The notes: generated by a model from the sequence alone, not told the origin. Positions 49,335-60,001 are shown, counted from the first letter of the stretch. The stretch: DNA of 64,000 nt from Longimicrobiales bacterium (GCA_965238005.1 OZ250165.1:1088001-1152000); one strand, 5' to 3'. Numbers and translations: made by a program.

Positions 49335-50750
49335 ATGCAGGTGCAGCCTACGCCAGTCGTGCTCCTCTAGGCGGACATCAGCGGGTACACGCGGTTCATG
49401 CTCTCCCACGAGAAGGCCCTGGCCCACAGCCAGATGATCATCGGAGAGCTGATGGAGACTCTGATCCGGGAGATCGAGTTTCCTCTGGAGCTGGTGGAGC
49501 TCGAGGGCGACGCGCTGTTCATGTACTCGCCCAAGACGACCACTGCCGAGGCGTGGGAAGGCCGGAGCCGACGGCTGGTCGAGCGCGTGCTGAGGCTATT
49601 CCAGGTCTTCGGCCGTCGTGTGGCCGAGATCGAGGCCTACAGTGTCTGTCGCTGTCCTGCGTGCTCCAACCTCAAGGAGCTGAAGCTCAAGGTCGTCGCT
49701 CACTCCGGAGAAGGGCTCCTCACGAAGGTGGGGAAGTTTCCGGTGCTCTCGGGCGTGGATACCATCAAGGCGCACCGGCTCCTCAAGAATTCGGTGGAGG
49801 CGGACCAGTATGTGCTGATGACCGAGTCCGCCCATCGTGATCTCCGTTTTCCCGAGGGCGCGGAAATCGAAGAGAGCGTCGAGGACTACGACATCGGGAC
49901 CATGAAGACGTACCTGTACTTCCCGGAGGAGTCCTACCATCTCGATGAGGAGGTGATCCGAGGGTCCTTCTCCGACTCCAACGTGGCCGTGCAGATTCTC
50001 CGTTATGAGGTTCAGCGGGAATACACGGAGGTGGCGAGCGACCCCTCTCGGGGCTTCCACTTCAACACGGGACTGGCAGCCACCGAGATGACGGAGTACG
50101 ACCCGGAACTGGTGGGCCGGATCCCGGAGAGCGTCGTGGCATCGTTCGCCGGGATGGGAAACCCGTTCAGCCTTGGAGAGCTCAGCGCAGGGGAGTACGT
50201 CGTGGACGTCGGTGCGGGAGCGGGGCTGGACACGCTGATCGCCGGGGAGATGGTGGGCCCTGACGGAATGGTGATCGGTGTGGACATGACGGCGGCCATG
50301 ATCGAGAAGGGCAGGGCGGCTGCGACCGACATGGGGATTGACCAGGTGGAGTTCCGAGAGGGTTTCGCCGAGTCGCTACCCGTGCCCGACGAGTGGGCAG
50401 ACGTCATCATCTCCAACGGTGTGGTGAATCTGGCTCCTGACAAGTCACTGGTCCTCAAGGAGATGTTCAGGGTGCTACGGCCAGGAGGCCGACTGCAGAT
50501 CGCGGACATCACGGTCTCCAAGGCCGTTCCGGAAGGAGCGAAACGAGACATCGACCTCTGGACCAACTGAATCGCGGGAGCTCTGCTCGAGACAGAGCTC
50601 CAAGCCACGGTCGTGGCCGCGGGGTTCGAGGACTTCGAGGTGACCTGGAGGAAGAACGTCTTCGAGGGTGCCCTCCGCCCCAGCAAAGAGGCGAAGGCTT
50701 TCGGTATCATGGGAGTGAATTTCCGGGCGTACAAACCGGCGGCATTGTGA
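49335..50750 (+). CDS. DUF2652-domain / ArsM-like SAM methyltransferase fusion selenoprotein (Sec at TGA 50568-50570; in-frame TAG at 49368-49370)
   Basis: ADISGYTRF, EGDALF, CRCPAC, LKVVAHSG, AHRLLKNSV, then SFAGMGNP, DVGAGAG, GVDMT, SNGVVNL, RVLRPGG, LWTN-U-IAGAL; 59 more sense codons follow and end at the next gene's start. Confidence 0.85.
50577..50601 (+). promoter_or_regulatory. Candidate bacterial SECIS hairpin for the UGA at 50568-50570
   Basis: Perfect 9-bp stem GGAGCTCTG / CAGAGCTCC with loop CTCGAGA, starting 6 nt after the UGA. Confidence 0.65.
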
Positions 50751-51196
50751 TGGATGGATTGGAACCACTTTGGACTTGCCCCAAGTGCGGGGGGCAGTTC
50801 GTGACCGAAAATCAGTGGCACTCCTGCGGGGAGGTCACTCTCGGACAATGGCTCGACGACCTGGGCCCCCGCGGCCTGGCCCTCTATAACCGCTTCGAGC
50901 AGATGATCGCCGCATGCGGCGAGTACCACGTGGCTCCTGCCAAGACCCGCATCGCCTTTCTAGGCCGGGTGCGTTTCGCCACCATCACCAAGATCTCGGA
51001 AAGAGGGATGACGTGGTCTTTTGCTCTGCCCCACGCCCTCGAGTCCGACCGCATCGATCGGATCGAGGAGGTGGTGTCGGGGTGGTACGTCCACTGGGTG
51101 AATGTCGTCGACTCCACTCAGCTCGATGCCCAGACCGAGGAATGGATCGAGGAGAGCTATCGGCTCATCGGGATGCAAGAACGCTTGAAGAGGTAG
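50750..51196 (+). CDS. DUF5655-like protein with N-terminal CxxC
   Basis: LWTCPKCG..F..NQWHSC, PAKTRIAF, WIEESY; TGATG overlap with the upstream stop. Confidence 0.75.
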   Translation: MDGLEPLWTCPKCGGQFVTENQWHSCGEVTLGQWLDDLGPRGLALYNRFEQMIAACGEYHVAPAKTRIAFLGRVRFATITKISERGMTWSFALPHALESDRIDRIEEVVSGWYVHWVNVVDSTQLDAQTEEWIEESYRLIGMQERLKR

Positions 51197-51197
51197 G

Positions 51198-51381
51198 GTG
51201 GCCGGGAGACTGGCCCGAGCCTCTCGAGGCTTTCGCGGACGAGATCGATCGCTTCCACACCATGCTCCAGGACCTGTCGAATCATCTGACCGCCGTCGAT
51301 CCGTCGAATCTGACTAACGATCAGCCGGGGCCGAGGAGTCCCGACAGGGAGTGGCCCGACGCTCCCGATGTCGTAAGATGA
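51198..51381 (+). pseudogene. Remnant of a DinB-like helical protein (5' end and middle missing)
   Basis: No start codon; FADEIDRFHTMLQDLSNHL joined to AVDPSNLTNDQPGPRSPD. Confidence 0.45.
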
Positions 51382-51418
51382 TGCACGAATGGAGAAATCG
51401 ATCGCTTAGGAGCGTCCA

Positions 51419-54082
51419 ATGAATTCGAAGCGCCTTTCCCTCCGACTCACGCTCGTCCTGCTCGCGGTTGTCATCGCCGGCTCCGGATCGGCGTTGGTGC
51501 CCGCACGGGCGATGGGCCAGGAGATCCCGACCCCCGAGAGCTTCTTCGGTTTCCAGATGGGTGCCGACCGCAAGCTCGCCGGCTGGGACAAGCTCGTTGA
51601 GTACTACAACCTCCTGGGAGAGCAGAGCCCCCGGCTCGAGGTCGTCGACATGGGGCCCACGACCATGGGCCATCCTTTCCTGGCCCTCTACCTGTCCTCT
51701 CCCGAGAACCTGGCCAGGCTCGACGAGCTCAAGCGGATCAACGCCACGCTCAGCGACCCCAGGGGCGTGCCGCAGTCGGAGATCGACCGTGCCATCTCCC
51801 AGGGGAAGGCGGTGGTGGTCCAGTCCATGTGCCTCCACTCCACCGAGGTGGCATCGGGGCAGATGGCGGCGGAACTCATGTACGACCTGGTGACGCGCAC
51901 CGACCAGGAGGTCATGCGCATCCTGGACAACACCATCGGCATCATGATTCCGTGCTTCAATCCCGACGGTGAGGTCATGGTGGTCGACTGGTACAACCAG
52001 ACCGTGGGCACCGAGTACGAGGGCGGGGACATGCCGTGGCTGTATCACAAGTACATCGGCCACGACAACAATCGGGACGCCTTCATGGCAAACACGGTCG
52101 AGTCTCAGTACGGGGCCGAGATCCTGTTCCGCGAATGGGTTCCCCAGGCCTACGTCGACCACCACCAGATGGGCGCCTATGGCGCCCGGATGTACGTGCC
52201 GCCCTACGCCGAGCCCATCCGTCCCTCAGCCGATCCACTGGTGTGGAGGGAGATGAGCTGGTACGGCGCCCACATTGCCTATAAGGAGGAGGAGGCCGGC
52301 AAGTCCGGCGTGGTGAACGCCGCCATCTATTCAGGGTGGGGCCACTTCGGATTCCACTGGATCACGCCCTTCCACAACATCGCAGGGATGCTCACCGAGT
52401 CGGCCAGCGCCCGCCTGTCGACGCCGCTCTTCCTACATGCCGATCAGCTTCAGGGCTCGGTCCGAGGCCTGCCCGAGTACGAGGAGCAGACGTCCTTCCC
52501 CAACCCCTGGCCGGGCGGCTGGTGGCGGGTGAGCGACATCGTTGCGCAGCAAAAGATCGCGGCCATCGCTACGCTGGACATCGCGGCGCGGAATCGTGAG
52601 ACGGTCCTGAAGAACGCGTACCTGAAGGCCAAGCGGCAGACGGAGCGTGGTGCGACCGGAAGGCCGGCCGCGTTCGTGATCCCCGCCGAGCAGCACGACC
52701 CCCTCACCGCCAAGAAGATGGTGAACAAGCTTCTGGGGCAGGGTATCGAGGTGCAGCAGGTGTCCCGCGGATTCATCCACGAAGGGCAGGTATACGGAGC
52801 CGGCACCTTTGTGGTGTCCATGGCGCAGCCCAAGATGGGCGTCATCCGCTGGCTTCTGGGGCGCACGCTCTATCCCGACAACTCGTACACGCGTAGTCGC
52901 GACGGAAACCCTATCCGGCCCTACGACTTGTCCACGGACAACATGGCGGAGTTCATGGGCGTTCGGGTGGATCCGGTGGACCAGGCCGTAGAGACAAGGC
53001 TCACAAAGGTGACCACCCTGATCGAGCCTGCCGGCCAGGTCACCGAGGGGCGTTTCGGCTACGTCCTCGATGGCCGGCTGAACGACAGCTTCGAGGCGGT
53101 CAACCTGTTGCTCGCGGCCAATGTGGGCGTGCGGCGCGTGGATCGACCGGCAGACGAGAGCCTCCGTCCCGGTGACTTCCTGGTGGACGCCGGCGCGCCG
53201 GACGCGATCGTGGCCGACGTTGCCCGCGAGACGGGAGTCGACTTCGCCGCCCTCGAGACCGACGCGTCGGGCGGCAGCCGCCCGCTCACCCAGCTCCGCA
53301 TCGGGATGTACCAGCGCTACTTCGGCGGCAACATGGACGAGGGCTGGACGCGCTGGCTGCTCGAGGACTTCAGCTTCCCGTACACGACCCTCATGGACGC
53401 CGAGATCAAGGACGGAGACCTTCACGACGACTACGACGTGATCATCCTTCCAGCCGACGGCGTGGCGCGGATGACGGGTGAGGAGAGCGAAGAGGGTGGG
53501 GGAGGCCGTGGGGGTGGGCCCGAGGCCTATCCGGAGGAGTACCGCAGCGGCTTCGGCCAGGAGGGGGTGGACGCCCTGGAGGCCTTCGTCGAGAACGGAG
53601 GCACATTGGTAACCTTTGCCGAGGCAGGAGCGCTGCCCATCGAGAAGTTCGGGCTTCCCGTTCGGAACGTGAGGGAGGGCCTGTCCTCCACCGAGTTCTG
53701 GTCACCGGGCTCTACGCTTAAGGTGAACATCGACAACACGCACCCCCTGGCGTACGGCATGCCCGACGAGGGCCTAGCCACATTCCTGGGCAACAACCAC
53801 GCCTACGAGATCGTCGCGACGCCGCGAAACGAACGGGCCGATCGGATCGTAACGTTCGTGGAGCGCGACATCCTTCAGAGCGGTTGGCTCCTCGGAGAGG
53901 CTGTCATCGCCGAGAAGGCGGCCATGGTCTCAGTAGAGCACGGCCAAGGGAAGGTCATTCTCATCGGCTTCAGGACGCAGCACCGGGCGCAGACGCACGG
54001 GACGTTCAAGCTGCTGTTCAACGCGCTCGTGGGCGGGCCGGACGGCTCGGCCGATCTGGCCATGGACGGAGGAGGGCTGTGA
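51419..54082 (+). CDS. Secreted M14 zinc carboxypeptidase with C-terminal glutamine-amidotransferase-like domain
   Basis: Signal peptide, LHSTE, NPDG, GHDNNRD, DHHQMG, PYD, MDEGWTRW, GTFKLLFNAL. Confidence 0.92.
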   Translation: MNSKRLSLRLTLVLLAVVIAGSGSALVPARAMGQEIPTPESFFGFQMGADRKLAGWDKLVEYYNLLGEQSPRLEVVDMGPTTMGHPFLALYLSSPENLARLDELKRINATLSDPRGVPQSEIDRAISQGKAVVVQSMCLHSTEVASGQMAAELMYDLVTRTDQEVMRILDNTIGIMIPCFNPDGEVMVVDWYNQTVGTEYEGGDMPWLYHKYIGHDNNRDAFMANTVESQYGAEILFREWVPQAYVDHHQMGAYGARMYVPPYAEPIRPSADPLVWREMSWYGAHIAYKEEEAGKSGVVNAAIYSGWGHFGFHWITPFHNIAGMLTESASARLSTPLFLHADQLQGSVRGLPEYEEQTSFPNPWPGGWWRVSDIVAQQKIAAIATLDIAARNRETVLKNAYLKAKRQTERGATGRPAAFVIPAEQHDPLTAKKMVNKLLGQGIEVQQVSRGFIHEGQVYGAGTFVVSMAQPKMGVIRWLLGRTLYPDNSYTRSRDGNPIRPYDLSTDNMAEFMGVRVDPVDQAVETRLTKVTTLIEPAGQVTEGRFGYVLDGRLNDSFEAVNLLLAANVGVRRVDRPADESLRPGDFLVDAGAPDAIVADVARETGVDFAALETDASGGSRPLTQLRIGMYQRYFGGNMDEGWTRWLLEDFSFPYTTLMDAEIKDGDLHDDYDVIILPADGVARMTGEESEEGGGGRGGGPEAYPEEYRSGFGQEGVDALEAFVENGGTLVTFAEAGALPIEKFGLPVRNVREGLSSTEFWSPGSTLKVNIDNTHPLAYGMPDEGLATFLGNNHAYEIVATPRNERADRIVTFVERDILQSGWLLGEAVIAEKAAMVSVEHGQGKVILIGFRTQHRAQTHGTFKLLFNALVGGPDGSADLAMDGGGL

Positions 54083-54489
54083 GCGCTGGTGTGGTGTCCC
54101 AGAAGTGTCTCGGCCATTGATCTCGCTGCGCTCGATCGTCTCGCGGTCAACTCGGCGCTCACGACGAGCATGAAGGTCGCTCGGCTTTTGCTTCCCGCCG
54201 GGGCCACATCTTGTCGATGTACGGTACGGCCGCCGGCGTCGTGCAGTTGGTCTGGCCGTGATCAACCTGGATGGCATGATCACCCCCAACGACATCGGCG
54301 CCTCCTGAGTGGCCTCGTTTGGGCAAATGATACCGAGGAGGCCGCGCGAGGTTTCTGGCGGATTCGCCGGGCGTGACTCCGGTGGCGTCGTCGCAGCAGG
54401 TGCGCGGCGGCGTCGCGGAAGGTGCGCCCACTGGCCCGCAGATGCCGGCCGCGGTATCCTGTGTGACTCCCCAACCCGGAGGCATCCGC

Positions 54490-56058
54490 ATGATGCAGCC
54501 CCATCTCATCGGCTTCGCTCTCCTGACACTGCTCCTACCGGCGACTCCTCTCAGCGCCCAGAGCCTCGGCACGATCGACTTCCCGACTTCAGGCTCGCCC
54601 GACGCGCACGCCGCGTTCATCCGTGGCGTTCTCTTCATGCACAGCTTCGAGTACGAGGATGCCGCCAAGGCCTTCCAGGCTGCCGAGGCCGCTCAGCCGG
54701 ACTTCGCCATGGCCTATTGGGGAGAGGCCATGTCCTACAACCATCCGGTTTGGCAACAGCAGGACTCCGTGGCTGCCCGCATCACTCTGGCCCGCCTCGG
54801 CGCCACTCCCGAGGAGCGTGCCGCGAAGGCGGGGACAGACCGGGAGCGTGCGTACCTCGCGGCAGTGGAGATCCTGTACGCCGAAGGAGAGGACAAGTGG
54901 ACCCGGGACCTGGCGTACCGTGATGCCATGCGGCGCCTCCATGAAGCCTATCCCGACGACGACGAAGCAGCCGCCTTGTACGCCCTGGCTCTGCTTGGCT
55001 CCGCTCATGAGGGCCGGGACTCAGCCACGTACATGAGAGCCGCGGCCGTAGCGCAGCCGATCCTGGAGCGGAACCCCGACCACCCGGGTGCCGTCCACTA
55101 CACGATCCACTCCTTCGACGATCCCATCCATGCACCCCTGGGTTTGTCCGCGGCGCGAGCCTACTCCGAGGTCGCGCCCGCCGCCGGCCATGCCCAGCAC
55201 ATGACGTCGCACATCTTCGTGGCAATGGGCCTCTGGGACGACGTGGTGGCCGCGAACGAGCGGGCCGTGGGCGTTCAGACGGCGCGGCTCCAGGGATTGG
55301 GCATGCGGGCCAACGTGTGCGGTCACTACACATACTGGCTCGAGTACGGCTACCTCCAGCAGGGCCGCCACGAGAAGGCGGCCGAGGTGCTCCAGCGCTG
55401 TTACGAGCGTCAAGGCGACCAGCCGACCGCCGGCGAGGTGGGCTCCTTCGTGCTGATGAGGGCCCGATACGTCCTCGACACGGAAGACTGGGCGTCAGCG
55501 GATCGATGGGCGGTCAAAGGGCTCACGACTGCCGAGTACGTCTTCACGGACGGGATCGCCGAGCTCATGGCCGGCGACGGAAGTGGTGCCGGCGCCGTGG
55601 CTGCCGAGCTGGGGCGCATCGCGGACAACGAGACCGGCGCAGCTCAGGCCGAGCGCGCGCGCATCCTCTCCCTCCAGCTCACCGCTCTTGCGGAGGTGGC
55701 CGACGGGCGGATCGACTCCGCCGTAGGGCTACTTGAAGAGGCGGTCCGCCGTGAGGCCGCTATGCCGTTCGAGTTCGGCCCTCCCCATGTCGTCAAGCCG
55801 TCCCACGAGTTACTGGGAGAAGTACTTCTGGAGGCGGGCGAGGCGTCTGAAGCTCGGGTCGCCTTCGCCAAGTCGCTCGACCGGACGCCCGAGCGGACGT
55901 CGTCGCTCCTGGGGATGGCCCGGGCGGCCCGGGCCTCCGCCGACGGCGCTCTAGTGAGCGAGCTCGTGAGGCGGCTCGAGGGCATCTGGCACGATGCCGA
56001 TGCCGCGCTCTTGGAGGCCAAGGGCATCCACAAGCTGACGTCTTGGGAGAAACGGTAG
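54490..56058 (+). CDS. Secreted TPR-like protein
   Basis: GGAGG then ATG; signal peptide; HSFEY, FAMAYWGEAM, HPGAVHYTIHSFD, HAQHMTSHIF. Confidence 0.85.
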   Translation: MMQPHLIGFALLTLLLPATPLSAQSLGTIDFPTSGSPDAHAAFIRGVLFMHSFEYEDAAKAFQAAEAAQPDFAMAYWGEAMSYNHPVWQQQDSVAARITLARLGATPEERAAKAGTDRERAYLAAVEILYAEGEDKWTRDLAYRDAMRRLHEAYPDDDEAAALYALALLGSAHEGRDSATYMRAAAVAQPILERNPDHPGAVHYTIHSFDDPIHAPLGLSAARAYSEVAPAAGHAQHMTSHIFVAMGLWDDVVAANERAVGVQTARLQGLGMRANVCGHYTYWLEYGYLQQGRHEKAAEVLQRCYERQGDQPTAGEVGSFVLMRARYVLDTEDWASADRWAVKGLTTAEYVFTDGIAELMAGDGSGAGAVAAELGRIADNETGAAQAERARILSLQLTALAEVADGRIDSAVGLLEEAVRREAAMPFEFGPPHVVKPSHELLGEVLLEAGEASEARVAFAKSLDRTPERTSSLLGMARAARASADGALVSELVRRLEGIWHDADAALLEAKGIHKLTSWEKR

Positions 56059-56155
56059 GGTCGGGGGAGCGCGGCGGCACCGACGGGAAGGACGGTCAGG
56101 GAAGGGGGCACCGAGCCGATTGACACCACCTCGGCGACGCGCGTACGCTCTCGCT

Positions 56156-56491
56156 ATGACGGACCATCGCACGGAGATCGTCAAGCGGGTCATGCGCTCC
56201 CTCGAGGAGACCGCCGACCCCGAGGCGCTGGTCACGGCGTATTTCGACGCCGAGCACGACATCGTTGTGGAGGCGACCCAGCAAACGCTGGAAGCCACCG
56301 GTGAGTCGGTCTCCGAGGCGATGATCGCCGAGTGCGTCGAGACCGAGCTCGTCGAGGCTCTGCGCTTTCCCAAGGGAGGGACGGGCGGGGGCCTACTGCC
56401 CACGCTCTATGTGCACCGAGGAGCGACGGCTGTGGCCACTACGGTGGCGGCCATGGCCACCGCGCTATTCTTACTCTTCCTCCTCTTCTGA
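56156..56491 (+). CDS. Small protein with C-terminal TM helix
   Basis: Acidic helical N-terminus and hydrophobic tail; 2 nt from the next gene. Confidence 0.6.
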   Translation: MTDHRTEIVKRVMRSLEETADPEALVTAYFDAEHDIVVEATQQTLEATGESVSEAMIAECVETELVEALRFPKGGTGGGLLPTLYVHRGATAVATTVAAMATALFLLFLLF

Positions 56492-56493
56492 GC

Positions 56494-57967
56494 GTGATAA
56501 CCGGTCGGCAGGCGCTGAGAAGCATCCGCAGCCGGTTCGAGAGGGCCAAGAAGGACTACGACCGGATCAGCCGCTACGTACGTGAGCTCGAGGAACTGCA
56601 CGGCAGCGCCCTGGAAGATGAGCGGGGGCTCCTCACCGAGTTGGCTGAAGCCTATCTACCCGAGCTCACCTACGACGCCATGGTGAGCGGCCTCGCACAG
56701 CTCAAGCTGCGGGTGGCGGAGATCCTTCGGCGCCAGGACGAGCACAAGGAGACCCTCCAGAACGAGATCCTGGCTCAGCGATCGCGACTCTCGGAGGCGG
56801 AGAGTGGGCTGGAGGCGCACAAGGCGCGGGAGAATGGAATCGAGCAGCGCGTCGCGGAGAGCCGGACGGCCGTCGCAGGTGCCCTCGCGGCCGATGAAGA
56901 GTACCGCGAGTGGGCCGAAGAGCACGCAGCGCTCATGGATCGCCGCGACAGGCTCAAGGCACGACGAGCACGACTCCTGGCCGTCGCCACCGTCGAGCGC
57001 CCCGCCTACGAGGGCTTCGCGCCGTTCCGCCACCTGAAGGAGCGCGCGTTCGGCGAGCCGGAGTACCGGGCAGGGTGGATCACGAGGCTCTTCGACCGAT
57101 GGCTCGCCCGTCGGCATCGACTTCCCGAAGCTGGACTGCAATCACCGAATCCTGAAGGTCGGTCCCCATCAGATTCAGGCCGAGATCGTGAGGAGCACCC
57201 GGCGAGCCGGTGAGCTCGAGGTGGGCATGGACGAGACGGAGCAGCGCGCCGCCGTGGCGGAAGCCCTTCCGGAGACGCTGGAAGAGCTGGTTGCGGCACA
57301 CGAGGACGTTGCCAAAGCCCGCGAGACCCGTGACGCGGTGCGCTCGGAGTACGAGGCCCGGGAGGGCGAGCTAAGGGAGCTCGCGGCCAACCGCGGTCGT
57401 TATCACGAAGAGGCCATCGAGCTCCATCGCCAGCACTGGGCGCGAAGTCCGTCCGGGAGCTCGAGGGCCTGGCACGGGAGACGCTGGGCGGGGAAGACGA
57501 CCGACTCGTGCGCCGGCTGGACGACGTTCGGCTACGCGTCGATCACCTCGAGAACCGCGGACGGGAGCGGCTCGGGGAGCTTGAAGAGGCAAGGGAGAAG
57601 GTGGACGGGCTACTCCGGATCGAAGAAGCCGGGTGGAGGGACTTCGGATCCTTCAGGTCCCACTTCCGTGACGCTTTCGCCCTGGATCCCCTCATCGACC
57701 AGTTCATGACGGGAGAGGCGTCATGGGGGGCGGTGGTCGACCAGATGAACGACTTTCACGCGCCCGACCTTCGGTCCCATGGCCGAGTCGATGCTTGGAG
57801 GGATCCTCTCGGAGCTGGCGGCTTCGTTCGTAGGACCGCCTGCGAAGCCTGTGGACCCCGATGAGCACACAGTCATATCGTTGGTCTTTCGTGACGCGGA
57901 CGGGAGGGTGCCCCGACGGGTGACCCGGCGCCGGACCGGTAAGGAAAGTGGCCGAGGCACGCCATGA
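56494..57967 (+). pseudogene. Coiled-coil hypothetical protein with about three frameshifts (~57115, ~57437, ~57790)
   Basis: E/R/L/A-rich heptad text continues across successive frames (..LARR/IDFPKLD.., ..HRQH/LGAKSVRELEGL..). Confidence 0.55.
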
Positions 57968-58950
57968 GCTTGGACGCAAGGGAAGCAAGCACGCCGCGTA
58001 TCCCGGGAATCCACCATGTCACGGCCATCTCGGGCCCGGCTCAGGCCAACCTGGACTTCTACACGGGTGTGCTGGGCCTCCGCCTGGTCAAACGCACGGT
58101 GAACTTCGACGATCCCGGCACCTATCATCTCTACTATGGTGATCGGGTCGGCACGCCTGGGACCATCATGACGTTCTTCCCCTGGGAGCGGGCGGAGCCG
58201 GGCCGGCGGGGGTCACGCTTCACGGACGCGACATCCTTTGCCGTTCCCGCGGAGTCAGGCGATTTCTGGGCTGGCTACCTCGAGCGGACTGGCGGTGCAG
58301 GTGTGGAGAGAGAGGCGCGCTTCGGTGCGGACATCGTGCGACTGAGGGACCCGGACGGATTGGTCCTCGAGCTGGTCGCCGGGGCCGATACCCGGGAGAC
58401 GCCGGGCGGCCTGCCCGTACATCCCGACATCCCCCCCGAGCATGCCATCCGGTCCTTCCACGGAGTGCTACTCGATGTGGCCGATCCAGACGCCTCGGCC
58501 CGCCTTCTCACGGACCTTTTGGGATACGAGCACATCGCCGAGGAAGGGGGACGCCTCCGCTTCCGTGCGGGTGAAGAAGAGGTGGGAGCGGTGATCGATC
58601 TCCTGACGGCGGGCTCCAGCGAAGACGGGCGCATGGGGAAGGGAAGCGTGCATCATGTCGCCTTTCGGGCCCGGGACGACGAAGAGCAACGGACCTGGCG
58701 GGAAGCGTTGGCGACGGCCGGCATCCCGGTGACGACCGTGCAGGACCGAAACTACTTTCGATCGATCTACTTCCACGAGCCGGGAGGAGTGCTCTTCGAG
58801 ATCGCGACCGACGGTCCCGGCTTCACGGCCGATGAGACCGAGGAGAATCTGGGCCGTGACGTGAAGCTTCCGGCATGGCTCGAGGGCCGCCGGGCCGAGC
58901 TGGAGTCCCGGTTGCCACCCATGACCATGCCCCACCAGAACGCCGGATGA
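57964..58950 (+). CDS. Ring-cleaving dioxygenase (MhqO/MhqA-like glyoxalase family)
   Basis: GIHHVTAI, LVKRTVNFDDPGTYHLYYG, VHHVAFR, DRNYFRSIYFHEPGGVLFEIATDGPGF. Confidence 0.93.
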   Translation: MSLDAREASTPRIPGIHHVTAISGPAQANLDFYTGVLGLRLVKRTVNFDDPGTYHLYYGDRVGTPGTIMTFFPWERAEPGRRGSRFTDATSFAVPAESGDFWAGYLERTGGAGVEREARFGADIVRLRDPDGLVLELVAGADTRETPGGLPVHPDIPPEHAIRSFHGVLLDVADPDASARLLTDLLGYEHIAEEGGRLRFRAGEEEVGAVIDLLTAGSSEDGRMGKGSVHHVAFRARDDEEQRTWREALATAGIPVTTVQDRNYFRSIYFHEPGGVLFEIATDGPGFTADETEENLGRDVKLPAWLEGRRAELESRLPPMTMPHQNAG

Positions 58951-59648
58951 GCGGCTCCGGCCCAGGCGCTGAATCGGCATTCGGATCCGCCCATGGGCAG
59001 AGCTCGGACGACCCGCACCGGGACAGCCCTTCGGTTCGCCTAGGCCCGGATCTCCAAGAGGCGGAGGCGGCCGTCATCCTGGTCCACGGCCGGGGGGACA
59101 GCGCCAGGGGGATTCTCACCCTCGCTCCTGACCTCGAGGCACCGAGAGTGACGTTCATCGCTCCCCAGGCCACGGCGTTCTCGTGGTATCCCCAGAGCTT
59201 CCTGGCTCCCATTCCCATGAACGAGCCATGGCTCTCGTCGGCCCTCGACCGTGTGGGCGCCGCTGCGAGGGAGGCGATGTCGACGGGACTCCCTCGGGAG
59301 AAAACGGTCCTGATGGGGTTCTCGCAGGGTGCCTGTCTGGCGCTGGAGTTCGCCGCCAGGAACCCGGCCCGTTACGGAGGGGTCGTGGCCTTCTCCGGGG
59401 GGCTCATCGGGCCCGAGGGGACGCCGCTCAGGTATGAAGGCTCCTTGGAGGGCACGCCGGTATTTCTGGGCTGCAGTGATGTGGATCCCCACATCCCCCT
59501 GGCTCGGGTCAACGAGTCGGCGGGGATCATGGAGGCCCTGGGCGGGCAGGTGGAGGAGCGCATCTATCCCGATATGGGGCATACGGTGAACACCGATGAG
59601 CTGGAGTGGGCTCGGACGGGTACAGAACGATCTCTAGAGGCCTGTTGA
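58947..59648 (+). CDS. Phospholipase/carboxylesterase (MhqD-like alpha/beta hydrolase)
   Basis: HGRG, WYP, GFSQGA, DPHIP, MGH; ATGA overlap. Confidence 0.92.
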   Translation: MSGSGPGAESAFGSAHGQSSDDPHRDSPSVRLGPDLQEAEAAVILVHGRGDSARGILTLAPDLEAPRVTFIAPQATAFSWYPQSFLAPIPMNEPWLSSALDRVGAAAREAMSTGLPREKTVLMGFSQGACLALEFAARNPARYGGVVAFSGGLIGPEGTPLRYEGSLEGTPVFLGCSDVDPHIPLARVNESAGIMEALGGQVEERIYPDMGHTVNTDELEWARTGTERSLEAC

Positions 59649-60001
59649 GGAAGTGGGGTGCGGCCGCGCGACCCACGCCTTCGGCGCGGGTACCCCCGTC
59701 TTGCGGTGACCAGAGAACGTCGCGGACCTGGTGTTCGGCGTCGTGCAGTGGTGTTCCGCGACACCTGAGCCGAAGGCGAAGAACGAACGATGACGAGGCG
59801 TAGCAGGGCGGCGTTCGCCGACGTACGGGTCGGGTTACGTGTAGATGCCTCCCGGCTCCACGCGCAGCGAGACCAGAGTGGGTCCGTCCCCGGCCCGAGC
59901 CGGATAGAGTCGAAAGAAGATCTTGTCCAACGCGTTAAGTCTAGAGTACTGTTAGAGATGCGGCTGATCCCCCAGGATCACACGCTTCCGAGGAGGCTCC
60001 C

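Noticed and set aside
49368..49370. Pyrrolysine codon
   Set aside because: The position is in a hydrophobic beta strand, the protein is not a methylamine methyltransferase, and there are no pyl genes in the window. Kept only as an unresolved nonsense codon.
54083..54480. Possible degraded gene between the M14 peptidase and the TPR gene
   Set aside because: Short protein-like patches occur in several frames, but none could be assigned to a family.
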